Assembly (NCBI RefSeq): GCF_006345805.1
Contig: NC_042997.1
Coordinates: forward strand, 107,012,001 to 107,076,000
Direction: 5' to 3'
Length of the DNA stretch: 64,000 nucleotides
Origin: Octopus sinensis
Taxonomy: Eukaryota
In this document: piece after piece, positions 1 to 11,654 of the stretch
Position numbering within the stretch: position 1 is the stretch's first letter
Layout: every line of letters starts with the position of its first letter
Notes under the pieces: generated by a model
What the model was told of the DNA's origin: nothing
Databases searched by the model: none
What the model saw: only the letters and a program-made list of their open reading frames with translations
Program-made: the position numbers and the translations under genes

Positions 1-3000
1 CAAATAAGCTTGCCGATGCTGGATTTAATGGATTACTAATTCCTTTTTATTTTTAATTGGTTATCTATCAATGTCTATATAACACGCGAACTATTCATAG
101 TAACAGACCAACTTTGCAAAGAATAAACTGTTGGTTGCACAAGCAACATTGTTCAAGTCCTTTATATCTCACACAACTAAATGTATTGAGTCCAACGAAA
201 TTTATTCATATTTTTATGAGAAAAGCATCATTAAAGGCCTTATTTTTTTATCCACAACTGTTTTCTTTCATAAACTTCACTTTATTTTCTGTTAACCCGA
301 CTTACTTTTTCTCTTTTAAAGAACCCGCCGGTGAATACTAATTTTATAGCAGTATTTTGAGCTAATTTTTTAGAAACACTTTCATCGGATTGCGTACTGT
401 TGCGGTGATTACACTCTCAACTCGAGTCCTCTTTGTTGCAAACATTCAAGCCAGATCTATCTCCGATTTGAAGACATCCCATCCCTTCTCTACTACTAAT
501 CTTGAAAACCCTGTAATGGATGGTGAGCACTCTTTTCCCGAACTGTAATATTTGCAAAATGTAGTTTTTATTGTGATGAAAAGAAATGCAAAACTATTTG
601 AAACTTTTTCAAAGGCACCTCGATTCAGTTAGCCCTCACTTAAATCCAAAGAATACTGTAACGTTTGTCATACTCGGAAAATTCAATAGTAAACTAAACT
701 TTATTTTAAACAGTTTCCTTAACATCCCTCCAAAAAAAAAAAAAACAGACCCTGTGAAAGTATACGTTTATTATTAAAAAAACCCTAATTATTTAGGAAA
801 AGCGGGATGGCCTACTGAATAAGCCGAAGAAGCTCTCCGACCGTTCAAAATATACTTTGATTTCATAATAGGATTATTTCAGTTTATTCAAGAAGGAAAT
901 AGGCAGTAATGAGTGAGCTACTTCGTAGTTACTCGACCTGATTAAAAATGACAGCCTAATCACCCTTGAAGCATATCCTACCGTCTGTCAGGATCAGATA
1001 ATGCAATCTTGCATATCTTTAGAATAATGAGGTGGTCATGGCTGGAATGCATTTGCTTATAGTTATTCTGGATGTCAGTGTTGATAGGAATCTAAACGAC
1101 CAAGTCTCTGCTTCTTCACAGCAAAATTGCCTGTGGCAGACTAATGTTTTGTCCAAGTAGAAATTTTGTCTCTCATATAGTAAATGTCAGAGAAACCGAT
1201 GTTGAATACTGTCTCTGTGGACACTTGCTAGTTTGAAATGACTAACCAAGTTAAAATTACATACCTTCTTGACTCCGGGTCATTTTCATTTGAAATGTCA
1301 TAAATCCTTTCTCCATTGGCTTTGTTAATGGCTGCAATAAAAACAAGACAGGGAAATTAGATATAGCTGTGACACAATATATTCATTAGAACGAACATGT
1401 CCAAGTCTATTCAGCATCCAGAAGTGACGGTTTTATATCGTGTGTATTATCAACTAATCGCCAACAAAATTATAATATAAATATTAATATGAAAGGAAAT
1501 TGATTCTGAACAGAACTTGCTCTGTTCTATGGTCGATAAGTTAGTTGTTTGTAGTTTCCTAAGTATTAATCTTTTACTAACAGATGTAATGTAATGTCAC
1601 TGCTAGACATATGAGGAACATATACAAATTGGCAATCTATACACTATGTACGTGTTTGACAACGACGACGATGATGGTGGTGGTGGTGGTGATGACAATA
1701 ATTATGATAGCAATAGTGGTTGTAGTTTGGTGAAAAAAATGTATTGTTTCCATGGTTACTAACTGTCGTATCATAAAATCGGTTGTGTGTGTGTGTGTGG
1801 GGGGGTATTGGTGTGTGTTCTGAAACAGAAAAGGAGGAAGCATAAGAGGAGAGTGAAAATATGTGTGATGAAAGAGAAAGTGAGAACTATGTCTAAAGAA
1901 TATCCCTATATCTGGTAATTAAAACTGTAATTTCGAACGATAATTTGTTTGGAGAATTAATCAAGCTTAGCATTCAATCTACGTGTAAAAAATAACACTA
2001 AGAACTTGCTCTTGGTAAGCAATTCCATCCAAGATGTGTTCACCCACATCGAAGATGATCAAACGCTGAAATCTATTTTGTCAACCTCTATCAAGTCTTA
2101 GTTCTCGTTGAACAGATAGCAAATGTTGGGTTTGAATTTCGTTCTGTCACTTAAAATTAGGAAGTTTATTAAATTGATACATTAAAGAAGGTAGTTGAGA
2201 TCTTTTTTCTAGTAATAAATTATATTGCTCAAGGTTAGTGAATTTCTTCTTTCAATGCCTTATTTTCTTTCAGTTCAAGAATGACTACCATATTACAAGT
2301 CTGTGACATTTCCTGAACGAATCCAGTAAAATTCTCTCCTTGAGTAGTGGGTTCTCTTTTACGAAAATCTTTACCTCGTCTAAGCACAAATCTCTACCGT
2401 CAGTCCCAAATCTGTTTTCGGATGTACCACACTTGTCCTCCAGGAAGAAACTAAATGAAAAATTAATCTATTGAATTCTAGTAGCAACCCAAGGGATTTG
2501 TTAAATATATTCTGAATTTGTGAGTCTTCATCATCATGTTTACGAACTGCTTATAGAAATTATTACAGATAGGATATTATTACAGATAGGACCAGAAACA
2601 ATCTATACTCATGCTTTCCAGACAGGAAGAAGCACCATCGAATAGATCGGCTGCCTCGAACGTTTAATCTAAACACCAATAGAATTCAATAGACCTTTGC
2701 AATAGACCTTTCATTGATTTCATTAAACCTTTGACTGTGTAAAATTATCTTCCTTATAGTCACTTATTGAGATGAATCTAATAGCTCTGATAATCATCTA
2801 CTAAAAGTAACATATGAAGGTTCAAAAGCTTCGAAATGTTTGCATTTCATAGTCTATGAATATAGGCGCAGACGTGACTGTGTGATAAGAAGTTTGCTTT
2901 CAAACCACAAGAATCCAAGTTCAGTCCCACTATGTGGTACGTTGGGCAAGTATCTTCTAATATAGCCCCGAGATGATCAAAGCCTTGTGAGTGGATCTGG

Positions 3001-3035
3001 TAGATGAGAACTGAAAGAAGCCCGTCCTGTATGTA

Positions 3036-4327
3036 CGAGGGACGTTCAATAAGTAATGCCTCTGATCCACTTGCAGTTGTTTGATCTAGCTGAAATTTTG
3101 CATGTGCAATCATTTATATCTCTATAGAGTAAGTGGAAAATTACAGCTCTGAATTAATTGTGGTTTCTGATTTACAGGTGTTTGAACCGAGTCAAGTGTG
3201 AAATGGAGCCTGTTGAGTGTCGAGCAGTGATCCGGTTTTTGTATTTGAAAGGACGCACACCACGGGAGACTTTTGATGAAATGAAAGTAACTTATGGTGA
3301 TGATGCCCCATCATATGACCTTGTAAAACGCTGGCATCGTGAATTCAAACATGGTCGGAACTCTGTGGAAACAGCTCCCAGATCTGGTCGCCCCCCTTCT
3401 GCCATTGATGAGGCATCTGTCTGTCAAGTTGAGGCTGCCATTTTGGAAGATCGACGCATAATTATTCGCCAAATAGCCCATGAGGTCAAGATTAGTACCG
3501 GGTCTGTGTAAACTATCATTCATGACCATTTGCATATGCAAAAGGTGTCTGCCAGATGGATTCCCAGGTTGCTCACGCCTTTCCAGAAGCAATAACGCGT
3601 CGAGTGCTCGAGGGTGAATTTGGAGATGTGCCAAGTAGATGAGTCAAAATTTTTCAAAAGACTGATTACACAGGATGAAACCTGGGTCCATCACGATGAT
3701 CCAGAGACCAAAGCCCAGTCAATGCAGTGGAAGCACCGTGACTCACCCCCTCCAAAGAAGGCAAGGGTGCAGCCCTCCGCTGGCAAGGTCATGCTCACAG
3801 TCTTCTGGGACCAGGACGGAGTAGTGATGACAGATTTCCTGGCAAAGGGTACCACAATTGCAGGAGCCTATTATACTTCACTTTTGAGGAAATTAAGAGA
3901 AGTTATCAAAATCAAGAGGCGGGGCAAGATCAACAAAGGCATCCTCCTCCTGCAGGACAACGCTCCGGTCCACAACTCGCTTGTCGCCAGATCAGAAGCA
4001 CAGGCGTATGGCTATGAAATCCTCCCCATCCCCCCTACTTTCCTGACTTTGCACTCTCTGATTTTCACCTCTTCCCAATCATGAAGTTGTTTTTGAAAGG
4101 AAAGCGTTTCTCAGATGATGCAGCCTTGATTTCTGAAGTCACGTTGAGGTTGGAGGACCAAGCTGGGTTCTTCTACAAAAACGGTCTCCAGAGCCGCATC
4201 AAACGATGGGAGAAATGCGTAACTCTGGGTGGTTCCTGTGTAGAAAAAGACTAATAACTATGCCAAGTTTCGTTGCTCTACTGCTATGGGAAGTGGGTCA
4301 GGGGCATTACTTATTGAACGCCCCTCG
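3036..4327 (+). mobile_element. Full-length Tc1/mariner (mariner, DD34D) DNA transposon, ~1.29 kb
   Basis: TIRs CGAGGGACGTTCAATAAGTAATGCC (3036-3060) and GGCATTACTTATTGAACGCCCCTCG (4303-4327). TA duplication at 3034-3035 and 4328-4329. Inserted in a (TATG)n tract. Confidence 0.95.
3203..4254 (+). pseudogene. Mariner transposase pseudogene
   Basis: MEPVECRAVIRFL... HTH, WIPRLL (WVPHEL-like), QDETW, QDNAP and YxPDxAxSDFHLF motifs. Two in-frame stops (3509 and ~3592) and a frameshift in the C-run near 4030. Confidence 0.92.
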
Positions 4328-4409
4328 TATGTATGTATGTATGTATGTATGTAGGGGTGTGTGTGTGTGTGTGTCCCAGACCACCGGTGATAGTTTGTTT
4401 GCATCCACA

Positions 4410-4520
4410 TAATGTAGCAGTTCGGCATTAAGAGACCGATAGAATAAGTGCAAAATCTTTCATAGTGGTACTCCACTATGGTCGCAGTCCAATGACTGAA
4501 ACAAGATAAAAGATAAAAAT
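4410..4520 (+). mobile_element. Degraded SINE 3' tail fragment
   Basis: GAGACCGATAGAATAAGT...GGTCGCAGTCCAATGACTGAAACAAGATAAAAGATAAAA tail pattern; recognised by recall only. Confidence 0.45.
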
Positions 4521-4741
4521 ACCGAAAAGAGAGTAAAGCAGTGAAATATACTTGCCCCTTTGTTGTTTCGTATTGTAATATCGACTTTGATGTACGAAAT
4601 AAAGAAAGAATTATGGGAGATTGTAAACTCTGAGAATAGAAACGTGTAAGAAGAAATTAGGTTATTCCATAAGTACTTAGCGATTTCGAATTACAGCTAC
4701 GCTAGCTATACAACCGATCGCCAACATCAGATTGTAAGATT

Positions 4742-4806
4742 GTAAGAACGGACGAAATGCTGCTAAGCATTTTGCCCGGCGTGCTAACGGTTTTGCCAAA
4801 TCACCT
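4742..4806 (-). mobile_element. 5' fragment of tRNA-derived SINE (same family as 4840-5045)
   Basis: Reverse complement GGTGATTTGGCAAAACCGTTAGCACGCCGGGCAAAATGCTTAGC matches the heads at 4840 and 6554. Confidence 0.75.
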
Positions 4807-4839
4807 CTTTATCAATTATTAATATAGTAAGCGCATTTG

Positions 4840-5045
4840 AGGCGGCGAGCTGGCAGAATTGTTAGCACGCCGGGCAAAATACTTAGCGGTATTTCGTCCG
4901 ACCTTACGTTCAGAGTTCAAATTCTGCTGAGGTCGACTTTGCCTTTCATCCTTTCGGGATCGATTAAATAAGTACGAGTTGAGCATTGGGGGTCGATGTA
5001 ATCGGCTTACCCCTCGTCGAAATTGCTGACCTTGAAACCAATATA
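4840..5045 (+). mobile_element. tRNA-derived SINE with Deu/Nin-like central domain
   Basis: A-box-like GGCGAGCTGGCAGAA, B-box GAGTTCAAATTC, central TTTGCCTTTCATCCTTTCGGGATCGAT. The family is repeated many times in the window. Confidence 0.85.
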
Positions 5046-5224
5046 TTACAAGTATTTATTTTGAAATCAGAATGTAAATAGATGTTTCCCTCGGTCGCTG
5101 CTTTATATAGTTTTTAGTTGTCAATCACAGGCCAATATGATCTAATAGTTTGTACCACTCTTTCGCTAATTATTTTAGATACCTATATAATTGCTAGCAG
5201 GCATAGATGTTCTCGCAGTCCTCT

Positions 5225-5402
5225 TACATTTTGTCCAGCGTAATACCGAGGAATTGGCAGCTGGAGGGAGAAAAAGCTGTACCAGCACTAAGCTATGCTA
5301 GCACTCAATTACAGGCTGAGTAGATTGGAAAAACGTGAAATGAAGTGCCTTGCTCAATGACTCAATGTGTTGCCCGGTCTAACCATTAAGCTACACGCCT
5401 TC
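5225..5402 (-). mobile_element. Degraded CORE-type SINE remnant
   Basis: GAAATGAAGTGCCTTGCTCAATGACTCAA resembles the reverse complement of the MIR/CORE motif (CCTTGGGCAAGxCACTT). Confidence 0.45.
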
Positions 5403-5999
5403 ACATTGCTTTGCATACAAGTAAAACTGAAATAGTGATTTGGATTGAAATGACAAAGACTGAAGATGGGCATCTAAAGGCTTTAAAAAAATTAATCTAC
5501 AGACAGTATGTTTATTGCCGTGCCATTAAGCTAAATGCTGATTTTGATAAGGACACAACGCTTCAAATTTGGGAGAGAGTAATCAATTATATCAACCTCA
5601 GTTCATGACCGGTACTGTGTTTTATCACTCTCTTAAGTACGAAAGATGTAGTTGACCCTAGAGGAACTTGTATTCCGAACATTAAACAGTTTGTATGATG
5701 TTCTGTTTTTTCTAATTTAGGTGCTTTTAAGAGGAGTTTTCACTGGCACTTTATATATATATATATATATATATATAATAGAAAGTTATTCCACATGGAA
5801 TAAAATATTTAAAAAAACAGAAGTTGAAAATGTACTGGGGGTCTTTTAGACGGTATATTTTTAAAGGCTTAACCGGTTTCACAGATGTTTATGATTTTCA
5901 CAAGGTGAGATAGAAAGACGTGGTTCTATGCCACAAGACAGTTGCGGCATAGCACCAATATACCGTCTAAAAGACTTCCAGTGCATTTCCAACTTCTTG

Positions 6000-6108
6000 T
6001 ATGTATACATACATACATGCATGCATACATACATACATACATACATGCATGCATGCATGCGTGCGTGCGTGCGTGCGTGCGTGCGTGTGTGTATATAGAG
6101 AGAGAGGT
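6000..6108. repeat. Compound microsatellite (TACA/TGCA/TGCG/TG/GA)
   Basis: Directly visible. Confidence 0.95.
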
Positions 6109-6231
6109 AGACACACAGATTATGATTTCGCTTAGGCACAGCGATACTAATAAATTGTTGTCAGAACTCAATAGACTTATGCTGCAAAATAAAACGTTAA
6201 TCGAGTACAGAGTGTATTATGAAATAAATTA

Positions 6232-6459
6232 AATGAATTACGTAATCAACTTCATTAGCTTACAGCTGTTTCTACTATACGAAGCTGTGCACTCAGAGCC
6301 GAGTGCTTGTGCATCACCTCATAGCTTCCTCGGTGCCTTTAAATTGAAGCGTATGTTTATTTGGGAAAGTATTTAAATGCACAAGCACACGGTTCTGAGT
6401 GCATTGCTTCTTATCGCAGAAACAGCTGTAAGCGAATGAAGTTTATTACGTAATTCATG
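6232..6459. mobile_element. Fold-back MITE, ~84-bp inverted arms, TA-flanked
   Basis: ATGAATTACGTAATCAACTTCATTAGCTTACAGCTGTTTCT...GTGCTTGTGCAT (6233-6316) is the imperfect reverse complement of 6377-6458. TA at 6230-6231 and 6460-6461. Confidence 0.75.
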
Positions 6460-6553
6460 TACACTTCTTATTCCATATTTTTCGTGTGTGTGTGGGTGTT
6501 TACTTAAGTACTTAAATTTTGATAAAGTGAAAATTACCTTACGGTATCCAAAT

Positions 6554-6788
6554 AAAGGCGGCGAGCTGGCAGAAACGTTAGCACGCCGGGCGAAATGCTT
6601 AGCAGTATTTCGTCTGCCGTTACGTTCTGAGTTCAAATTCCGCCGAGGTCGACTTTACCTTTCATCCTTTCGGGGTCGATAAATTAAGTACCAGTTACGC
6701 ACTGGGGTCGATGTAATCGACTTAATACCTATGTCTGTCCATGTTTGTTCCCCTCTATGTTTAGCCCCTTGTGGGTAATAAAGAAATA
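6554..6788 (+). mobile_element. Complete tRNA-derived Deu/Nin-like SINE with 11-bp TSD
   Basis: A and B boxes, central domain and AATAAAGAAATA tail. GGTATCCAAAT duplicated at 6543-6553 and 6789-6799. Confidence 0.92.
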
Positions 6789-7233
6789 GGTATCCAAATC
6801 TTGTTACTCAATGACCATAAATGTTGTCCAGAATAAGGGGAAAAAACTGTTGTAGACGATTTCATTTAAATTCAAGGAACTGATAACATTTTAAATTAAA
6901 TACTCGTTAAGGAAAATTTAATCGAGACGGCGGAAATTGATCCGCCTCATCATCCGTGTTTTTTGTGAAACGAGTGCCAGCATATTGCACGCTAATTAAT
7001 CATCTTCAAACGACTTATGCTTATTTGATATCGCTATGACTCAACATCTTTGCTTAGTTTGCAACTGAACGGATTTGATGCAGATAAAAAGAGGTGTAAT
7101 GTTTCTCTTGCAATCGTTATTAAATTGATGATCAAGACTTGTTCAGTTTTTTTGTTTTTTAGTAGCAATGGAAAGAAAGACTTATATGATCATAAGCACG
7201 CACAGATATGAATGTATGTAGAATATTATCGCT

Positions 7234-7237
7234 CTCT

Positions 7238-7329
<92 letters not shown>

Positions 7330-7380
7330 CACACACACACACACATACACACACATGTACACGCATACACCACACCATAC
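7234..7380. repeat. (CT)n-(CA)n microsatellite
   Basis: Directly visible. Confidence 0.95.
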
Positions 7381-7474
7381 TATATAATATAAATTTATAT
7401 ATGAAAAGAAGTTAAAAAATTTACAATATATATATAGTTAAACACGTGCGCGCGCACACACACAAACACACATC

Positions 7475-8030
7475 AGAACCGACACCAAAATGATCGTGGC
7501 AGTGGTAATCTCAACACTCTTGTGCGCTTCTGAAACCTGGACAGCGTACCGTTGCTATCTAAAAAATGTTGGAAACGTTTCATTAAAGATGTCTTCGAAG
7601 TGTCTTGAACATCGGCTGGGAAGATAGAACAAACGTCATCGTCTTGAAAGCAGTCAAAACAACAAGTATCGAGGCTCACATCATCAAGAGTCAATTGAGA
7701 TATAGGGGGTTTGTTATTCGGATGTCCGATGACCGTTTACCAAAACAGAACTATTCTCAGCTGAAAAAGGAAAAGGAAGAAAAGAGAACAGAAGAAGAGA
7801 TACAGGGATCTGTCGAAAGCCAATTGAAAAAATGCAACATTGACTAGGAAGAAAATGCATATGACCGAAATCTCTGGAGATCCATCATCTGTGAGGGAAC
7901 AACTCGCCCAACTTGCAGAAGATCCTTCACAGCCCGAATTGGATTCATCGGCTACCTTCGCGTGCACCAACAACCCAACATGGTCTAGAACGAAGACCAT
8001 CATCCTATAGAGGGATAGCCACGCCGACGG
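7475..8030 (+). mobile_element. RTE (BovB-like) LINE 3' fragment
   Basis: Translations ASETWTAYR, LNIGWEDRTNV, KSQLRxxGFVIRMSDDRLPKQ, C-terminal CxRSFTARIGFIGYLRVH. Confidence 0.8.
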
Positions 8031-8057
8031 AGATATATATATATATATATATATATA

Positions 8058-8321
8058 GGAAAGGAAAAATATTAAGGCAGAATGCTAAACTGAAAGCAAA
8101 TTTTAATATACATGGGTGTAAGAAAAATTAAAAAAGGAAATCAAACCAGCTCTCATTGCAAGGCAAATTTTCAAGATGAGGAGGGGGAAAAACACCTCAT
8201 CTTGAAAATTTGCCTTGCAATGAAAGCCAGCTTGATTTCCTTTTTTAATTTTTCTTACAACCATTGTATATTAAAATTTGCTTTCAGTTTACCATTCTGC
8301 CTTAATATTTTTTTCCTTTCC
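8058..8321. mobile_element. Near-fully palindromic MITE (~125-bp arms, ~13-nt loop), TA-flanked
   Basis: GGAAAGGAAAAATATTAAGGCAGAATG...CAAGATGAGG pairs with CCTCATCTTG...CCTTAATATTTTTTTCCTTTCC. TA at 8056-8057 and 8322-8323, beside a (TA)n tract. Confidence 0.85.
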
Positions 8322-8373
8322 TATCATTTCTCCACGTGCGGTTAACACAAACCCACCATTTACTGACTTATAT

Positions 8374-8420
<47 letters not shown>

Positions 8421-8423
<3 letters not shown>

Positions 8424-8560
8424 GTAAAACCTCGAGTATAGTCCGCCCTTGAGTATGATACACAGGGGATTTTTAGGGGGCTGTACCTCTGAAAAACCTA
8501 AACCTTGTGTATTATACGCATCCCTTCTCTAACTTGAGTCAAGGAGGTCTATATAACGTC
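8421..8560 (+). mobile_element. Possible left end of a TA-targeting DNA transposon
   Basis: TA|CCGTAAAACCTCGAGTATA start after (TA)n resembles pogo/Tc1-type ends. No matching right TIR found. Confidence 0.3.
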
Positions 8561-9089
8561 CTTGGTTTGTAAAAATGTATACGGTAACATCCTTTATTAT
8601 TGCCTTCTTGCCTTCTTTATCTTTGGCATCTGTTTAATTTCATTTTTATTTCTTCTCCATAACCTGACATTGCTTTTGTCAACATCAAATTTTCTACCGG
8701 TGGCCCTATTACCATGGTCTTCAGCATATGATATAACTTCAAGTTTAAACATAACCGAAAAATATCTACGAGGCATTTTATGGGCATGTAATGTATAAAA
8801 TGTTTTGTTGGAGATTAATGTACATGTTTAAGTCCCCGCTTATAAAAACCCCAGTAAAGACCCACAGTAGTTCAAACATTTAATACTGGTATATAATTAA
8901 GTTTTTAATTAAGTTTGCCACTGACAATACAATACAAACAGCAGGATGAACTATTTAGTGCTAAATTATTAAGCACAATCCGTGCGTAATAAAACCAGCG
9001 GCACCTAGTTGAACAAACACTTCCGCGCATGCGTAATACAATAATGGTGATGTTCTTAACTGTTATATGGGAATGTAAATATGTTTGCA

Positions 9090-9350
9090 AATGGTTTTGC
9101 CTTACGATTAGGAAGTGCTAGACGCTTCTTGTGAAGCGCTGCATTTAACTTGCCCAACAGTACACATCCGAATTGAAGATCCTGTCACTTGAAAGAAGCT
9201 CATAAAAGATAACACCCTTTTACTTCCACAAGATTTTTTTTGTGGGCACCGCCAGTTGGGAAGCATTCCGTCTTATCGTTAAAGGTGCGAAACTGAATAT
9301 TACCAATTGGTCGATAACTGATGAAGAATTACGAACCTTCTGTTTGTCTC
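9090..9350 (-). mobile_element. Mariner transposase internal fragment (second family)
   Basis: Minus-strand translation KGVIFYELLSSDRIFNSDVYC...NAALHKKRLALPNRK matches the mariner catalytic region. Confidence 0.65.
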
Positions 9351-10146
9351 CCGTTCGTTTTTATATTCAGTATACGCTGCTTCGTTCATTTGTTTATACA
9401 TTTATTTGTGTGTGTATATATATATATATATATATAATATATAAATTTATATTATATATCTATAATATAAATTGGACATGGCCGAGCGTTGTATTCTTTC
9501 TTGTGTTGAGATTTACAGCCAAACGGTTGGGTGGATTCGCGTGAAAAATGCTTACAAAAATAGGGATTAATGTATAATTTCTTTCTATGTTCATAATTAA
9601 ATAAATGTTTTAATGGTTAGACAGAGGTCCAATACAATAGCTCTCAGAAACAGACTACGTACAAATTCTTTCTTCACAACTCCTGAAGCTGTTTTTTTAT
9701 GGGGGTGGGGTGGGGGAGAAATTTTCATACAGCTGGAGGCTCCAATCGAAACAGGGGACCTGAAATGATAAGGTTGAGAAACGCTGTTATAGATTATGCC
9801 TAACCGAAAACGATCACAACCACATCATTCAAACAGACCGAGATAAACCGGGCTTAACTGCTAGTATATATATATATATACATAATTTAAAATAATAAGG
9901 GTGAAAAATTGAATATTAATTTGATTAATTTCAATTTAAAACCAGTGGTCTAGCATATTAAAATCTTAAGATACAGAAAAATTATATTACATACATATAA
10001 GAGGGATGACCACTATGTGGACATCCATTATGATTGAAGTAGATCCACTATGGTGGTACCTCTAAGAAAGGAATGTTCTCAAGAAAATTTTAGCAAACGT
10101 CAGAATGTAAGCAAGCAAGACAAATGAAAAGAAACAAAACATAGAT

Positions 10147-10221
10147 TAATCACAAACTAGTTTTGCTATTACCACTTACGTAATTACTTACGTAATTGTC
10201 CGTAGCTCATCAGTGTGATCA
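10147..10221 (-). ncRNA. Minimal type-I hammerhead ribozyme motif (degenerate: G12A, GUU cleavage triplet)
   Basis: UGAUCACA-CUGAUGA-GCUA[34 nt]UAGC-AAAA-C-UA-GU-U-UGUGAUUA. Stem I is 8 bp, stem II is 4 bp, helix III is the palindrome ACUAGU. Folded by hand. Confidence 0.7.
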
Positions 10222-10479
10222 TCTTTGCAAATATAATTTGCAGAACTATACACGAGACGTCCACATGAGATTGAACATGTATACAGTTCTACCAATTACA
10301 CTTGGGGGTTATCTTTCAGAAATCCTCATTCTGGCGCACTAAAATACTAGAAATAATTCTGCAAAAAATTAATTTCTGCAGTGAATTTTGCCGGTTAGAG
10401 AACATAATTATTTAAATTTAAATTTAAAATTAAAATTTTCTGCAGTGAATATTGAATAATAATAGATGAGTGTACAGAT

Positions 10480-10870
10480 ACAAATCACTTATGGCTGTTT
10501 CTACCATGAAGCCTCAGAATCTTCCAAGTCATCCTCGTCACGTCAGTGATATACAGGGATGGACAAACATTGGACAGAGATTGGGTAATGGTTAAGCCTC
10601 AAGGCTTCTTCAAAGCGTACGGATGTTAGGAAACTAACATGTGGAAAATTCAGTTAGAATAATAGAGTAGGATAAACAAGATAAGATAAAGTAAAATAGG
10701 TAAAAATAAAAATAGCGTAAGAACTTCATTTTAAGGTGTTATTATAATCCATGGCATTCCATCCTGTGGTAAGTAAGTAAAGTCACTCTCAGGAGATATA
10801 TCCATAGGCTGCAGTTTGCATCGTGTTTCCATTATGCCAAGGGAAATAATGAAGGTAGTATGCTATGTGG
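10480..10870 (-). mobile_element. Degraded CR1/L2-like LINE 3' fragment
   Basis: Weak minus-strand similarity to the LPYxxRL...RGD C-terminal region of CR1-group ORF2. Confidence 0.4.
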
Positions 10871-11654
10871 TGGGTTTAATGGTATGGTAAGTACATAAAT
10901 TGAGTAATTACGCATACACTCGAATGTCTACACAATCATATATACATTTTAATTCCCATAGGACCACACACACATTCCAATGTTTACCCAACTATGTGAA
11001 ATTTACAGGACATGCATACATGCTACGTGTCATAAACGTAGCAAAAACAAAAAAGACAAAACAAAACAAAATTTTATTTTTCGAACTAATACAGACAAAG
11101 TGAACAATTCATAAATTTGAAAACACCTCAAAGAACTATGCCGGAGATACATTTATCAAAAAAAAATACAGACGAATTCAGATCTGTTAGCCTTAAAAAG
11201 CTATGTTATGAGCAATGTTTACATGCCGAGAACTCGGAGGCAGTGTTGTCTCAAAAACTCAACCCTAAACAAACAGATCTGTCCCATAATGTCAACGTCC
11301 AAGCTCGTCATGCCTCAATGATAACTATAGTGTGATGGAGGAAAATGACAACAAAAAAGAAGCAAAAAGGAGAAAGAAATTCAGAGACCTTACCTGTTGA
11401 CCTAGGCGGGATGAGCGATCACTGTCAAGAAAAAACATGTTCTTGCACGCTGCCGTCTCTCATCGAACTGCCCGCATGTGCTTTTTGCCCATGCATGCCC
11501 CCCGTGGCTCTTCTGCCGGCCCCTGCAGTCTTCACTTCCATTTACCTTATCTGCAATCCTCTCCACCAACACCACATAGCTTATCACAACCCATAACACC
11601 ACAATAATAAAGCAAAATACAAAGCAGATCAATCATCAGCCAGAACATCAAGGA

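Noticed and set aside
9855-9870. CCGGGCTTAACTGCTAGT as a Helitron 3' end
   Set aside because: No clear hairpin or 5' TC end identified; too weak.
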